Shown: positions 25,377 to 39,030 of the stretch, piece after piece
Numbering within the stretch: position 1 is the stretch's first letter
Layout: every line of letters begins with the position of its first letter
Assembly (NCBI RefSeq): GCF_963921235.1
Contig: NC_086129.1
Span: forward strand, 5,208,001-5,272,000
DNA: 64,000 nt
Reading direction: 5' to 3'
Origin: Mobula hypostoma
Lineage: Eukaryota
The notes under the pieces: generated by a model
Told to the model about the DNA's origin: nothing
Seen by the model: only the letters and a program-made list of their open reading frames with translations
Databases searched by the model: none
Translations under genes and position numbers: made by a program

Positions 25377-26729
25377 GCAACACACATCAAAGTTGCTGGT
25401 GAACGCAGCAGGCCAGGCAGCATCTCTAGTAAGAGGTACAGTCGATGTTTCAGGCTGAGACCTTCATCAGGACTAACTGAAGGAAGAGCTAGTAAGAGAT
25501 TTGAAAGTGGGAGGGGGAGGGGGAGATCCAAAATGATAGGAGAAGACAGGAGGGGGAGGGATGGAGCCAAGAACTGGACAGGTGATTGGCAAAAGGGATA
25601 TGAGAGGATCATGGGACAGGAGGCCCAGGGAGAAGGAAAAGGGGGAGGGGGGGAAAAAACCCAGAGGATGGGCAAGGGGTATAGTCAGAGGGACAGAGGG
25701 AGAAAAGGGAGAGAGACAGAATGTGTGTATAAAAATAAATAACAGATGGGGTACGAGGGGGAGGTGGGGCATTAGCAGAAGTTAGAGAAGTCAATGTTCA
25801 TGCCATCAGGTTGGAGGCTACCCAGAGGGAATATAAGGTGTTGTCCTCCAACTTGAGTGTGGCTTCATCTTTACAGTAGAGGAGGCGTGGATAGACATAT
25901 CAGAATGGGAATGGGATGTGGAATTATAATGTGTGACCACTGGAAGATCCTGCTTTCTCTGGCGGACAGAGCGTAGGTGTTCAGCAAAACGATCTCCCAG
26001 TCTGCGTCGGGTCTCGCCAATATATAGAAGGCCACATAGGGAGCACCGGACGCAGTATATCACCCCAGCCGACTCACAGGTGAAGTGTCGCCTCACCTGG
26101 AAGAACTGTCTGGGGCCCTGAATGGTGGTAAGGGAGGAAGTGTAAGGGCATGTGTAGCACTTGTTCCGCTTACCTAGACTTGGCGACATGTCTGACATGT
26201 CTATCCATGGCCTCCTCTACTGTAAAGATGAAGCCACACTCAGGTTGGAGGAACAACACCTTATATCCCGTCTGGGTAGCCTCCAACCTGATGGCATGAA
26301 CATCGACTTCTCTAACTTCCGCTAAGGCCCCACCTCCCCCTCGTACCCCATCTGTTACTTATTTTTATGCACACATTCTTTCTCTCACTCTTCTTTTTCT
26401 CCCTCTGAATATACCTCTTGCCCATCCTCTGGGTCCCCCCGCCTTGTCTTTCTTCCCGGACCTCCTGTCCCATGATCCTCTCGTATCCCCTTTTGCCTAT
26501 CACCTGTCCAGCTCTTGGCTCTATCCCTCCCCCTCCTGTCTTCTCCTGTCATTTTGGATCTCCCCCTCCCCCTCCAACTTTCAAATCCCTTACTCACTCT
26601 TCCTTCAGTTAGTCCTGACGAAGGGTCTCAGCCTGAAACGTCGACTGCACCTCTTCCTAAAGATGCTGCCTGGCCTGCTGCGTTCACCAGCAACTTTTAT
26701 GTGTGTTATCTGCAGAATTCCTCGTGTTT
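25377..26729. mobile_element. Penelope-like element: GIY-YIG fragment between long inverted termini
   Basis: ORF 25818..26198 FTCESAGVIYCVRC...LYIGETRRRLGDRFAEH; about 500-bp inverted arms; 14-bp TSD ACATGAATGGGAGG at 25363-25376 and 26730-26743. Confidence 0.9.
26611..26646 (+). ncRNA. Minimal type-I hammerhead ribozyme motif
   Basis: AGTC-CTGACGA-AGG(GTCTCAG)CCT-GAAA-CG-TC^-GACT; variant inverted copy at about 25439-25475. Confidence 0.78.
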
Positions 26730-27054
26730 ACATGAATGGGAGGATAGTAGTTATTCTCATTGGAGTGTAGCATTTTTGTGATGTGAAAGCTGCAAGTCAC
26801 TTGTCCTCGAGGACAAAGCTGTTTCATATCGTTATTTAGTTCCCAGAGAGAACTAAAGCTGACGGGCGGATGTCTTTTTGCGATGAAGCACTAATTAACA
26901 TTTTCACTGACTGAAAGGTAGACTCTTCATCCGAGAGTAACTGGGCACTATATTTTTCCTCCGAGTTACTCATCCTCGGATTTACATAGCTGGAGGTCGG
27001 CAGCATTTGGGACGTACTCTACAGGGACATAGTGTGACCTATGGCTGCCTCTTT

Positions 27055-27410
27055 ACCCAGAAGCCCCCGCGAACAAGAAACCTGTCTATCAGCCATCCAA
27101 GAACCCAGCGATGCGCATGCGCCGAAGAAATGGCGGTGCCACCGGCTCTCATCAGCAGGAATCTCCCCGTGGCTCCGGTAAATCGTGCGGCTGAGAGAGA
27201 GGGAAAGGACTGGGACTGTCCCGGGGTGCAGAACCAGTGTGGGTAGAACTCATACTAATTTTCCTTCAATCGCGGTTCAGACGCCGCCGATTAAGTTCCC
27301 GCCCGCAGCCCCGCTCCTACCTGCTTCCGATCCTTGTGAGCCTCCCGTCTGCAGTGCGCTTGCGCGATATTCGTGATTGGCTGCGCCGTCTACGCATGCG
27401 CATTAGGTTA
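27055..27410 (-). promoter_or_regulatory. ZNF-B CpG promoter with non-coding exons 1-2
   Basis: Paralog of 11345-11700 with NRF1, CCAAT and YY1-like motifs and the same splice sites. Confidence 0.75.
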
Positions 27411-27908
27411 AACTGGGGGAAAAAATTCTGCAGATGCGGAAATCCAAAGCAAAACACACAAAATGCTGGAGGAACTCAGCGGGGCAGGCAGCAACTCTGG
27501 AGAGGAGTGAACAGTCGGCGTTTCAGTCTGACACCCTTCTTTAATACTGGAATGGAAAGAAGGGAGCAAGAATGTTCGGGGGGAGGGGAGGTGATAGGTC
27601 AGATTCGTCAGGGGTGAAGTAAAGAGCTGGGAAGTTCATTGGTGAAAGAGATAAAGGGCTGGAGTATAATAATGATGATTATTATAATAATAATAAATAC
27701 TTTATTGATCCCGAGTCGGGTAGTCTTTCGTTACAGCAGCAACATTTAAAACACACAATTAGCAGTGTGCAGACTTAACTAAAAATAAAATCGAGAATGA
27801 TAATATACACAGTACTATTGTACCACTGCGCAATAATGATGTAGGAAATAATGCAGAGACTGCTGATCTCCGAAGTGTGTTCTCCTGTCGCAGAAAGATG
27901 AACTGCTG

Positions 27909-28098
27909 GAAACACGAGGAAATCTGCAGATGCTGGAAATTCAAGCAACGCACATCAAAGTTGCTGGTGAACGCAGCGGGCCAGGCAGCATCTCTAGGAA
28001 GCGGTACAGTCGACGTTTCGGGCCGAGACCGTTCGTCAGGACTAACTGAAAGAAGAGCTAGTAAGAGGTTTGAAAGTGGGAGGGGGAGATCCAAAATG
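27909..28098 (-). mobile_element. Penelope-terminus fragment with hammerhead-like motif (28008-28043)
   Basis: Minus strand reads AGTCCTGACGAACGGTCTCGGCCCGAAACGTCGACT. Confidence 0.75.
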
Positions 28099-28349
28099 TT
28101 AATGCTTATTGCATTTGGTCCCGAAGATTTTCTGTAAAGCCGTCAAAGATTATGGGGAGAAGGCAGGAGAATGAGTTTGAGAAGGAAAATAAAAGACACT
28201 GGGACAGGTATGCAATGAGGAAACTTTAGAGTGAGATGTGTCAAGAACAGACAGATGGGACAGATTCAGATAGGGGTTCTTGTCTGGCTCGGAGCAGTGG
28301 GGCTGACCACCGGTTCGTTTTCCGCTCTCGGATCTTCACTGAGACCCTT

Positions 28350-30820
28350 CCTCATCAGTACATGTTTTACTAAGGAGTTTATGGCCTTAAATTGTTTTTA
28401 ATTCGACTCAGAACAATGCTCAACAAAATCTTTATTATGTGACTCGTAAGACTGATTGTTCGATAACTTTCACAATCTGTAGTTCCAGGAATTTTTGGCA
28501 GAGTTATAAATACTGATTTTTCAACAGATCGTCAGGCAATACACCAGACTCATATATGCCATTAAGCAGTTCAAAAAGAATATCTGTGCCCAGATCTTCT
28601 AGGGCTTGTATCATTTCCACTGAAATTTAATCAGGTCCAGTGGCTTTACCAGGTTTCATGCTTTTCATTGCTTTAGCTATTTCTTCTTGGTAATAGGTGG
28701 GCCAGAATTAGGGTGTTTAATATCTGGGGGTTCCCCTCTATTAACTTCAAATAGCTGCTCTATATACTGAATCCACCTCTCACATACTTTATCTGGATCT
28801 GATAGTATGGATCCGTCTGCTGATCCGATGCATCCTGCAGAAGAGGTTTTCTTAATTCCGGTAATTTCCTTAATTTTCCTGTGCATTTCTTTGCTGTTGT
28901 TAACATGGCCTTCTACTTCATTGCATTTTTTATTCAGCCATTCTTCCTTTGCAATATCGCACAATTGTCTGGTCCATCTGTCTGGCTCTCTGTACTGCAC
29001 TTCATTATTCCTCACTAACCTTCTTTGTTCCATCACATCCAGAATTTCGTGGGTTATCCACCCCTTGTTGGTGTGTTGGATTTCTTGTACTGGGATTATC
29101 TCCTCTGCTGATTGCTGTATAGCATATTTAAATCTGTCCCAAATAGGTGTTGTTACGTTTTCGTTGAGGTGTTCTTCTACAGCTGTCTTGAATTGTTGCT
29201 TAAGTATGCTATCATTTTTAAGTTCTCCCAACATATACTTCTTTCTCTTTTTTCCACATTTCAGTTTCTTTAACTTTCCTTTAATGGTAGATATTACAGG
29301 ATGGTGATCTGAACCAGTCTGCTCCTGGGTAGGCTTTAGAATTTGTGATATTATTTCTGAGACGTTCATTGATGGTAATGAAATCTATTTGATTCCTTGT
29401 TCTATCTCCAGGGCTAATCCAAGTACACAATCTACGTGGATGATTTTTCTACCAAGTATTGGTGATCACTTGGTTGTTTCTGACACATCAATCAGTAAAC
29501 CTTTCTCCATTTTCATTTTTCTTCCCAAATGCAAAAGTTCCTATGATGTTATCAACCCTTTCCTGTCCAACTTTGGCGTTAAACTCTCCCATGAATAGTT
29601 TTATATCCTGATATTTACATTGCTCATAAGCACTGTTGAGATCCATATAAAACTTGCTGATATCCTCTTCATCCGCATCGTTTGTTGGCGCATTGGTTTG
29701 AATTATTCTAATGTTAAAAGGGTTACCCCTTATTTTAACTAAAAGCAGCTGATCGGATATCACCCAATATCCCATAAGACATTTTGATACTTCGAATTAT
29801 TTCAAATTCTTGCTAAACTAAACATTGACGGAAGGGATCAACAACTGCTTCAAAATTTATATTGGAACCAAACGGCGGTGACAAAAATTGATAATATAAG
29901 CAGTTGGACTAAAATTCAAAGAGGAGTTAGACAGGGATGCATTGCCTCACCAGAAATATTTACTGTCTATAGTGAAATAATTCTCAGAGAAATAGAAGAC
30001 CTAAATGGGTTAAAATTTGGAGGTGTTAACATCAACAATATAAGATATGCAGACGATACCACCCTAATAGCAAGTGCTGCAGAAGACCTACAAATCCTCC
30101 TAGACAAAGTAGTACAAACAAGTGCAGATTTTGGTCTAACCATCAACTGTGAAAAAAAAAATATATGGTCATATCAAAACAGCAGGATACTCTCAACTGC
30201 CAATTGTACATCGGTAGGCAAGAGGTTGAACAAAAGACCAGGTTTAATGACCTTGGTAGCTTTATATCACAAGATGCTAGAAGTAAAGTTGAAATAAAAA
30301 GAATTGCCGTTGTCAAAACCAACTTCCAAAAAATGAAACCCATTATTACCAACAGACACATGTCTATTTCAATAATGCTTTAGTTACTAAAATGTTACAT
30401 CCGGTCAATCTTGGTGTATGCTTCCGAAACGTGGAGTATAACACCAGAACTCCAAAGAAACTTAGAAGCACCAGGAATGTGGTTTCTTAGAAGAATGCTG
30501 AACATATCACAAAGAGATAGGGTAACTAATGAGACAGTACTCCAATGTGTCCATACAGAAAGATCCTTACTGAGAACATTAAATGAGAGGAAACTTAAAT
30601 TCCTGGGCGCTGTCAGCAAAAAGGGAGACATAGAATGCCTTACGTTACAAGCCGTATGCCTAGGAAACGCAGAGGAGGAAGGCAAAGAAGAAAATATATG
30701 GATACTGTGAAAGAACTAACAGATCTAAGTGTGCGAGATATCATTGAGGCTGTGTGGGATTGTCCGATGTGGAAAGCTATGATCGCCCAAGCACGTAACG
30801 CGCAAGGCACATGAAGAAGA
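28350..30820. mobile_element. RTE LINE with 5' inversion (duplicated with the unit)
   Basis: ORFs 28677..29369 and 29488..29775 (minus); 29878..30297 GVRQGC...RYADD and 30411..30710 (plus). Confidence 0.85.
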
Positions 30821-30959
30821 AGACATGTTTTACAAACAATACATTTCAACGTTCAAGTTCAACTTAAATTTATTATCAAAGTGTGTTCACCAGATGTTAT
30901 CGAACAATTCACAAAAAGGTTGGCAAGGCAACTCAATGCCCACCCCCAGCCTGGGGTAG

Positions 30960-32070
30960 GGAATGGGACCAGTTCCAGAGGGGGAGGGGTGGGTGAGTCT
31001 GGGACTTTGTGAATGAGCCTAACGCCATCCTCCTCATTCCCCTTATCCCTTCTCACCCCCCTCCCTCACACTCCACTGCATATGTTTGTGTGTGTGTGAG
31101 AGACCACTTCACCCTCCATCAATGATGAGCCCTCTCCCCCAACGCCCTCATACTCCCGTGCACACAGCAATCCTCGCGGGCTCAAATTATCCAACAATCT
31201 TATGCCCTCATTGCTGCTTAGCCACGTGTTAAACTGTATATTCTTCCGATCCCTGGCACGTGGCACAGATAAGAGACCTGAGGTCACAGCCCTGGACGAG
31301 CTGCCCTTTAACTTAGCACCTCACTCCCTGAACTCCCTTTGCAGAACCTCGTTACTCCACCAGCCCATATCATTGGTCCCCACATGGACCATGACCATCA
31401 CTGTTGATCCTCCTTAGGAATGCCGAGCGGTCGACCGGAGATAACCCAGACCTGGAGCACACAGGAAGCAACATACAATCCTGGCATCTCATTGTCACGA
31501 ACAGAACACCCAGTCAGTTCCCGAAATTAATGAATCACCTATGACCACAGTTGGCCTCTTCACCACCCTTCCCTTCTCAGTCTGAGAGCCAGACTAAGGG
31601 CTAGAGACCCTACTGCTGTGACTTTCCATTGCTGGGTCATCCCACTGTCCCCAACAGTATCTAAAGTGATATACATGTTGTTCAGGGGGATGGACTCACT
31701 GTTCCTCCCCTTTCCCCTTCCTGTTACCCTGTTCCCCGTGCCGTGCACCTTGGTTGGAACTACCTCTCTATCTGTCCTACCTATCACCTCTTCAGCCTTC
31801 TAAATGATCTGGAGTTCATCCAGTTCCAGCTCCAACTCCTGAATGTGGATTGTTTGGAGCTGCAGGTGGATGCCCTTCTCACAGGTGTAGTTATTAGGTT
31901 CACAGGAGGGTCCCCTGCCTTCCCACATCCCGCAAGAGGAGCTTTCCACTATCCTGCCTGACATCTCAACAGTTTTAACTGAGCAAATGTAAAGAAGGGG
32001 GGCAAAAAATATTCTACCTCCATCATGATTTTGCCTTCTGACTGAATGCTCTCCCCACTGAAACCTCAGA
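30960..32070 (-). mobile_element. CR1 5'UTR/ORF1 remnant
   Basis: ORF 31800..32105 ...[15 protein letters not shown]; TSGLLSVPRAR esterase piece. Confidence 0.75.
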
Positions 32071-32249
32071 GTTAAAGACTCAGTCTCCGCTCCAACTCTG
32101 TCCACTCCAACAATGACTGCTCCACTTGCTCCTGCCTAACTTGAAATTTTTCTTGATGATCCATCCTGTTATTTAGCCACTGCTAAAAGCTCAGAAATAA
32201 CCTGCCCTGAACCACTGCCTTTAATACTGTATTGACGAACCTGAGTGAA

Positions 32250-33035
32250 TAACGCCCTCTCAAGCTTCTGATCTCTCCGGGTAACGATGGGCCAAAGCTC
32301 GGTAGGGTGACACAAGGATGAATGACTGATTGAAACCCATCCCACATTCAGAGCAGGTGACCACCCTCACCACAGTGTGAAGCCGCTACTGTCTCTACAC
32401 TGAACTCGCTGATGTCACTGTGGCGTGGTTGAGTGTGTGAATGCCTTCCCACCATCTAAGAAGGTTACCGTTCTCTCACTGGTGAATTTTTGGATACATC
32501 TTTATCATCGACGACAGAATAAATTGTTTTCCACAGTCAGTACAGGTGGAGCATCTCACTGTGGTGTAAACTTGCTGATGTATCTTCAGGCTGGATGTCT
32601 GAGTAGATCCCGTCCTACATACAGAGCAGGTGAATGGCCTCTCCCTACTGTGAACTGACTGGTGTGTCTGCAGGTAGGGTTTGAGAGAATCCCTTCCCAC
32701 ACTGAGAGGAGGCGAATGATATCTCACTGTGATCAACTATCTGGCAATTCAGAAAGTCAGACGTTTGAAACCCTTGTACAATCAATGCAGTTGAAGAACC
32801 AATCTCCAGTGAACAAATGCTGGTGTTTCCTCAGCACCCCGGTTCCAGTGGATTTCACCAAGTTACAACAGAAAACTTCATTTCAGACACAAAATACATT
32901 TCCAGCTGGGATGAGATAATTTTTCATCACCAAGGATTGACAACAGATGTGTTGGTCTTGCAAAGAAAATATTTGGACACTCCTTATATATCCGGACAGA
33001 CACAGCCCATGCACAAGTGTTCTGCCATTTCAAAC
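32250..33035 (-). pseudogene. ZNF-C: exon flanks retained, entire coding finger array deleted
   Basis: 5' fossil fingers join the last 3' fossil finger at about 32400; no KMPF ATG; no promoter upstream. Confidence 0.8.
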
Positions 33036-33444
33036 CTATAAAAATATTTGAAAGGACATCAATGGGTGAAGGACAATATTTCAGGTGAGATTTTAGTCTG
33101 TGGTGAGAACATAAGAAAAAGTAGGAGAAAGCTATCTGGCCCATCTCCAACAACCTGCCTTTCCCCATTGCCCTTAATTTCCCTACTTTTCAAAAATCTA
33201 TCCAACCTTGTCTCAAACCTTGAAACCTTGAGGTTTCATTGCTTCATTGGGCAGAGAAATCCACAGAATCGCCACCCTCAGGGAAAAGCAGTTCCTCCCA
33301 ATATCCATCCCAAATGTCCCGAACCTCCAGCATTTTGTGTGTGGTGCTGTGGTCTCCCTTTGGGTGCTTTCCTGTTGTTAGGTGGGTGGTGGGTGCTGAC
33401 GCTTTGTGTCCAAATGGGTGGTGGGGAGGGAGGGAGGAGGCTGA

Positions 33445-33660
33445 TGTTACGTACACGCAATGGTTTAAAAGAACCGGCAGCAATAGAATACACCTGGAGT
33501 CTGGTTTTGATGTTAAAAACCACTAGTTACTAGTAACTACTTAGTATAGTAATTTAAACCAGGTATATCAAATGTTAGCAGTGTTATGCATATATATGTG
33601 TGTAAATATAATTCCCAAACTCATTCAAGCTCGGGTGGCATTCAGTTCAATTTTCAGGTT
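33445..33660 (-). mobile_element. 3' LTR end of an LTR retroelement
   Basis: Near-identical to 37545 onward and similar to the solo LTR at 1034. Confidence 0.75.
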
Positions 33661-36600
33661 ATATTTTATATACACGGAGACAAATCAGGCAAATTATTAG
33701 CTGGTCAGTTAAAAGCAAGTATGGCTGGAAGACAGATCCTGAAAATAAGAAGACCTGACAGAACTACAACGGTAGATCCTCATGAAATTAATAAGACATT
33801 TATGGATTTCTACTCTAACCTTTATGAGTCTGAATGTTCAGATAATATTACTTTTATGAATAGTTTTTTTGCAAAAAGTGAATATACCTAAAATTTCTAT
33901 TTAAGATATGAATACATTGGATGCACCTATTAAACAAGAGAAAGTAGCAAGGGCTATATCCTCTCTTCAATCAGCTAAGGCTCCGGGACCCGATGGATAT
34001 ACAGTGGAATTTTATAAGATTTTTACTGATATACTTATACCTTATTTATGTCAAATTTTCACTGACCCTATATCCTCTGGGGCTCTCCCGAAGACTTTAT
34101 ATGAAGCTTCAATATCCTTACTTCCGAAAAAAGATAAAGATTTATCTGAATGCGCCTCTCATAGACCAATTTCTCTATTGAATGTGGATTTTAAAATTCT
34201 CTCCAAGATTTTGGCTAATAGAGTTGAGAATATCTTACCTACCGTTATTTCTAATAACCAATCTGGATTTATTAAAAATAGATATTCACATTTTAATATT
34301 CAAAGATTATTAAATATTATTCACTCTTCACCATCTAAAGAATCTGAATGTGTTGTTTTTCTTGATGCAGAGAAAGCTTTTGATAGGGTGGAGTGGTCTT
34401 ACTTATTTGAGGTTTTGGAAAGATTTAATCTCGGCCCAGGATTTATTTCCTGGATCAAACTAATCTATCATGCTCCCATGGTTGCTGTTATATCTAATAA
34501 TCAAAAATCTCCCTATTTTAGATTACATAGGGGTACTCGATGGGGATGCCCTCTTAGCCCTTTATTATTTAATTTGGCCTTAGAACCCCTTGCTATTGCT
34601 CTTAGAGATTCTAACACCGTTCAGTGTATTAAGAGAGGGGACAAAAATACATAAGGTTTCATTATATGCAGATGACCTGTTAGTTTATATTTCAGTTCCT
34701 AGGAAATCTATTCCTTCTATGTTAACTGTACTTTCTGAATTTAGTAGCTTTTCTGGCTATAAATTAAATTTACATAAAAGTGAGTTATTTCCTATTAATA
34801 ATTACTCGGATCCAAATTATCAAATACCTTTTACTCAACACACATAAAAGTTGCTGCCTGGCCTGCTGTGTTCACCAGCAACTTTTATGTGTGTTGCTCG
34901 AAATTCCAGCACCTGCAGATTTCCTCGTGTTTGCATTTTTAAATACCTTTTACTATTACTAAAAAATTACTTTACCTATCTTGGTATTAAAATTACTTAA
35001 AATTTTAAGGATCTATATACATATAATTTTTTTCCATTAATCGGCTACAGCAAACAAATGCTTTCTAAATTGTCTCCTATGACATTATCATTAATAGGTT
35101 GAATTAATGGTATTAAAATGATCGTTTTACCAAAATGTTTATATATATTTCAGGCAGTTCCCTCTTTTGTTCCTAAAAAGTTCTTTGACGGAATAGTTTC
35201 CATAATTTCATCTTATATTTGGAACAATAACAATCCTAGATTGAGTAAACCCTTGTTGCAGAAATTAAAAAAGGATGGTGGTATGGCTTTGCCTGATTTT
35301 AGAATGTACTATTGGGCAATCAATATTCGATATGTTACTTTTTGGATTCACTATTTAGATACACATGAATGTGCTTCATGGTTGGATCTGGAGGTAAACT
35401 CGGTGAAAGGTTTCTCTTTGGCCTCTTTACTGGGAGTTCCTCTTCCTTTTTTGCTTTCTAAGATTAGCAGACAAGAATTTAATCCCGTTATTAAACATAC
35501 ATTAAGAACTTGGTTCCAGTTTTGTAGATTTTTTGAGTTTAATAATTTTATTCTTTCTAGTAATATTTAGCTCAATTATTTTTTTAAACCATCAACTTTG
35601 AATAAGGCCTTTATGATTTGGAAAACCAAGGGAATAGCTTTTTCAGATTTATTTTTAGGTGACTGTTTAATGTCTTTTTCTCAGTTAGCGGATAAATATG
35701 AATTATCTAATGTACGCTTTTTTAGATATTTACAAATTAGGAAATTTTTTATGTGGTTTGTTACCAAATTGCCCTTCTGCTTATCCACCTAATATGATAG
35801 ATGTTATCTTTCAGTTTAAACCATTTCAAAAAGGGGTTGATAGCTGTAATCTATGAATGGTTATTGAGTTTACGAATGATCTCCAACGATAAAATTAAAC
35901 GCACTTGGAAATTGGAACTTCAAGAGTCATTTTCAGATGGAGTAAAATTTTTCATTTGGTTAACAACTCATCTATTTGTGCCTGTCATTCCTTGATACAG
36001 TTCAAGGTAGTGTACCAGGCCCATATATCAAAGGATAAACTAGTGCGTATTTTCCCCAATATTAATCCTATTTGTGACAGATGTAATACTGAGTTGGCCA
36101 CTTTAACTCATATGTATTGGTCTTGTGTAAAGCTAGATAACTTTTGGAGAGATGTTTTTAAAACACTATTAAGAGTTTTGGACCTGGATATACAACCTCA
36201 CTTGCTTACGGCAATTTTTGGGATGATCTCATCAGAAGCAGGAAATATTCCTGTTTCCGCTCAACGTATGATAGCCTTTTTGACCTTACTGGTGAGGAGC
36301 GCCATTTTATTGAAGTGGAAGGATTCTAATCCACCTACGGTCTTTTATTGGCTCTCCTCCATTATGTCCTGTTTGAATTTAGATAAAATAAGAAGTCGGA
36401 CATTTGATACATCCTTTAAATTTGAGCAAATATGGCAACCTTTTATCCAATATTTTCATTTAATTTGATTTATTACTCTTTCAATCTTTTATTTCGAAGT
36501 TTTAGATTTGATCAGAAGGTCTTTCTTTCTTTCTTTTTTTGGTCGTATGCTCAAAATGGACTGCCCAGTCCTTTTTTTTTGTTTTATTATAGTGTAGTGG

Positions 36601-36850
36601 GTTTTTTTCTCTTTTCACTTAAAACCCAATGATTTTTCCTTTCTCTTCATAAACTGGTAAGAGGAGAATTGTGATTTTCATTTTTTAAATATTTTATACT
36701 AGTTTAACAATATCTATGATTTTGACAATATTTGTCTTATTCTTGGTTATATTGTTATAGATATATATATTTCAACTAATTCTCCTCTTGATTGTATTTA
36801 TGCTTTTTTTAATCAGTAAGATTAATAAAGAAAGAAAAGGGAAAAAAAAT
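33661..36850 (+). mobile_element. 5'-truncated fish-type L1 (ORF2 RT plus C-terminal Cys domain), frameshifted
   Basis: HGDKSGKLLA, KAPGPDG, LDAEKAFDRVEW, YADD and CDRC...HMYWSC motifs; AATAAA and A-rich tail; Penelope fragment at about 34837-34935. Confidence 0.9.
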
Positions 36851-36859
36851 GAACCTCAG

Positions 36860-38270
36860 GGGTATATAACACCTTCCCCAAAAAAGCCAAATTTTGATCA
36901 AGCAGCAAAATTTTTATCTGTAGATTAGAGTATGAAGCAATACATATGTGATTATCATGTAGCACATTACAAAAGCGTATACAAATACTAGTTTCTATTT
37001 CACTCTTACACTTATCTTAACATCTAGACAGTCAATCTACCATAATATTGTCTTTGCCTTCCACATGCTTTGTTACAAAAATCAGACTCCTGCAAAACCA
37101 GACCTTATTGTATTCAAAATGGCGTTTGGTCAACCATTTTCCCCTTTCCATGTCAACACAGAATAATTAACCATCACGTGGCCATCTTTCTTACCAGCTC
37201 GAACAGGACTTTCAAAGACTTTACCCAGAACAGGTGCCAACTCCTCACTAATGTTTTCTAAACTAAGCACATTCATTAAATTTACTGAAGTCACGTTTAT
37301 CTTGTAAAATGTCTCAAACAAGTCATTAATTCTATTTCCAAGACCTTTAGTCCCATATGTTTCCATAGTAGCTCCTGCAGATGGTCCCACTTGGTCAAAA
37401 CAACACTTCCCTTTGTTTTGAGAACTCTCTCTCTATTGCTGCCGATGTTCTACTCAAACAAATCAAAAGGGATTTCCCCAATCAGATCGATCGAATAAGC
37501 CCCCCCAGACAATTTGTTCATATCTCGGACGCAGGCCCCAATTATGAAATGTACACGCAATGGTTTAAAAGAACCGGCAGCAATAGAACACACCTGGAGT
37601 CTGGTTTTGATGTTAAAACTATTATTTATTAGCAACTACATAATATAGTGATTTAAACCAGGTACGTCAAAAATTAGCAGTGTTATGCATATATATGTAT
37701 GTAAATATAATTCCCAAACTCGTTCAAGGTCGGGTGGCAAGAGTTAAGAGTCCTACAATGGTAATGTAACAAAGTTCAGTTCAATCTTCAGATTGATTGA
37801 TGAGAGATATTTGTAATCCAAAGATGAATGCTGTGAGAAGGCAATTACGTCGATTCCACAATGGCAATACAGGATAACAAGAGCCATAGGTCTTATCTCT
37901 GAAGTTCCCAGATCCAGACACGAAGTATCACCGACCGTGATCTTCGCCGAATACCCTTTCGACACAAGTGGTTACCGTGACACCACGCCCAAATTCAGCT
38001 ACGGGTCATCTCAAAGTGCTGGCCACAGGATACCCAAACAGAATCCACGGATGGATTAGCACCAACAGCAGGTTATCACTGAGGTACCGTCTTCAAGGGA
38101 ATTACAACCCAGGCAAGGGTTATCGCACACAGGTAGATTCCACAGGGTTACCCCAATCACACAACGTGATAGCCACTTATCCAGTTCCACGACATATGAA
38201 GTAACTCTGACAGGGATTTACCACAGGGGTACCTTCTTCAGTGAACTACCACACCCAGGCAAGGGTAACT
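36860..38270 (-). mobile_element. LTR retroelement: partial 5' LTR (37545-38270), PBS and start of internal region
   Basis: LTR ...CA followed by TAAT-TGGGGCCTGCGTCCGAGAT (37522-37540), similar to the tRNA-Pro PBS TGGGGGCTCGTCCGGGAT. Confidence 0.7.
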
Positions 38271-38271
38271 T

Positions 38272-39030
38272 CCGATTCCTGGCAAATGGCACAGATGGCA
38301 GTCCTGAGATCACAGCCCTGGACAAGCTGCCCTTTAACTGAGCACCTCACTCCCTGAACCCCCTTTGCCGAACCTCATTACTCTGCCAGCCCATATCATA
38401 TCAGAGCCGAGCACGCAGGAGGCAACGCACCATCCAGGAATCACATTCCCGACCACAGAACGTCCAGTGAGTTCCCAGAGCTAATGAAACAGATAACACC
38501 ACAGTTCGCCTCTTCTCCATGCTTCCCTTCTCAGTCTCAGAGCCAGACTAAGTGGCAGAGTCCCCACTGCTCTGACTTTCCTTCGCTTGGTCATCCCACC
38601 GTCCCCAACTGTGTCTAAGGTGATATATGTGTTGTTCAGGGGGATTGTCACAGGGGCACATTGCACTCTCTGTTTCCCCCTTTCCCCTTCCTGGCTGTCA
38701 CCCAGTTCCCTGTGCAGTGCACCTTGGTTGGAACTACCTCTCTATCTGTCCTACCTATCACATCTTCAACCTCCCAAATGATCTGGAGTTCATCCAGTTC
38801 CAGCTCCCACTCCTCAATGTGGATCGTTTGGAGCTGAAGCTGGACGCCCTTCTCACAGGTGTAGTTATCAGGGACACAGGAGGGTCTCCTGCCTTCCCAC
38901 ATCCCGCAAGAGGAGCTTTCCACTACCCTGCCTGGCATCTCGACTGTTCTAACTGAGCAAATGTTAGATAAAAATTCTAGTTCCATCATGCTTTTGCCTT
39001 TTCTGACTGAATTCTCTCCTCACTGAAACC
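38272..39030 (-). mobile_element. CR1 5'UTR/ORF1 remnant
   Basis: ORF 38648..38989 ...[15 protein letters not shown]...LELDELQ. Confidence 0.75.
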
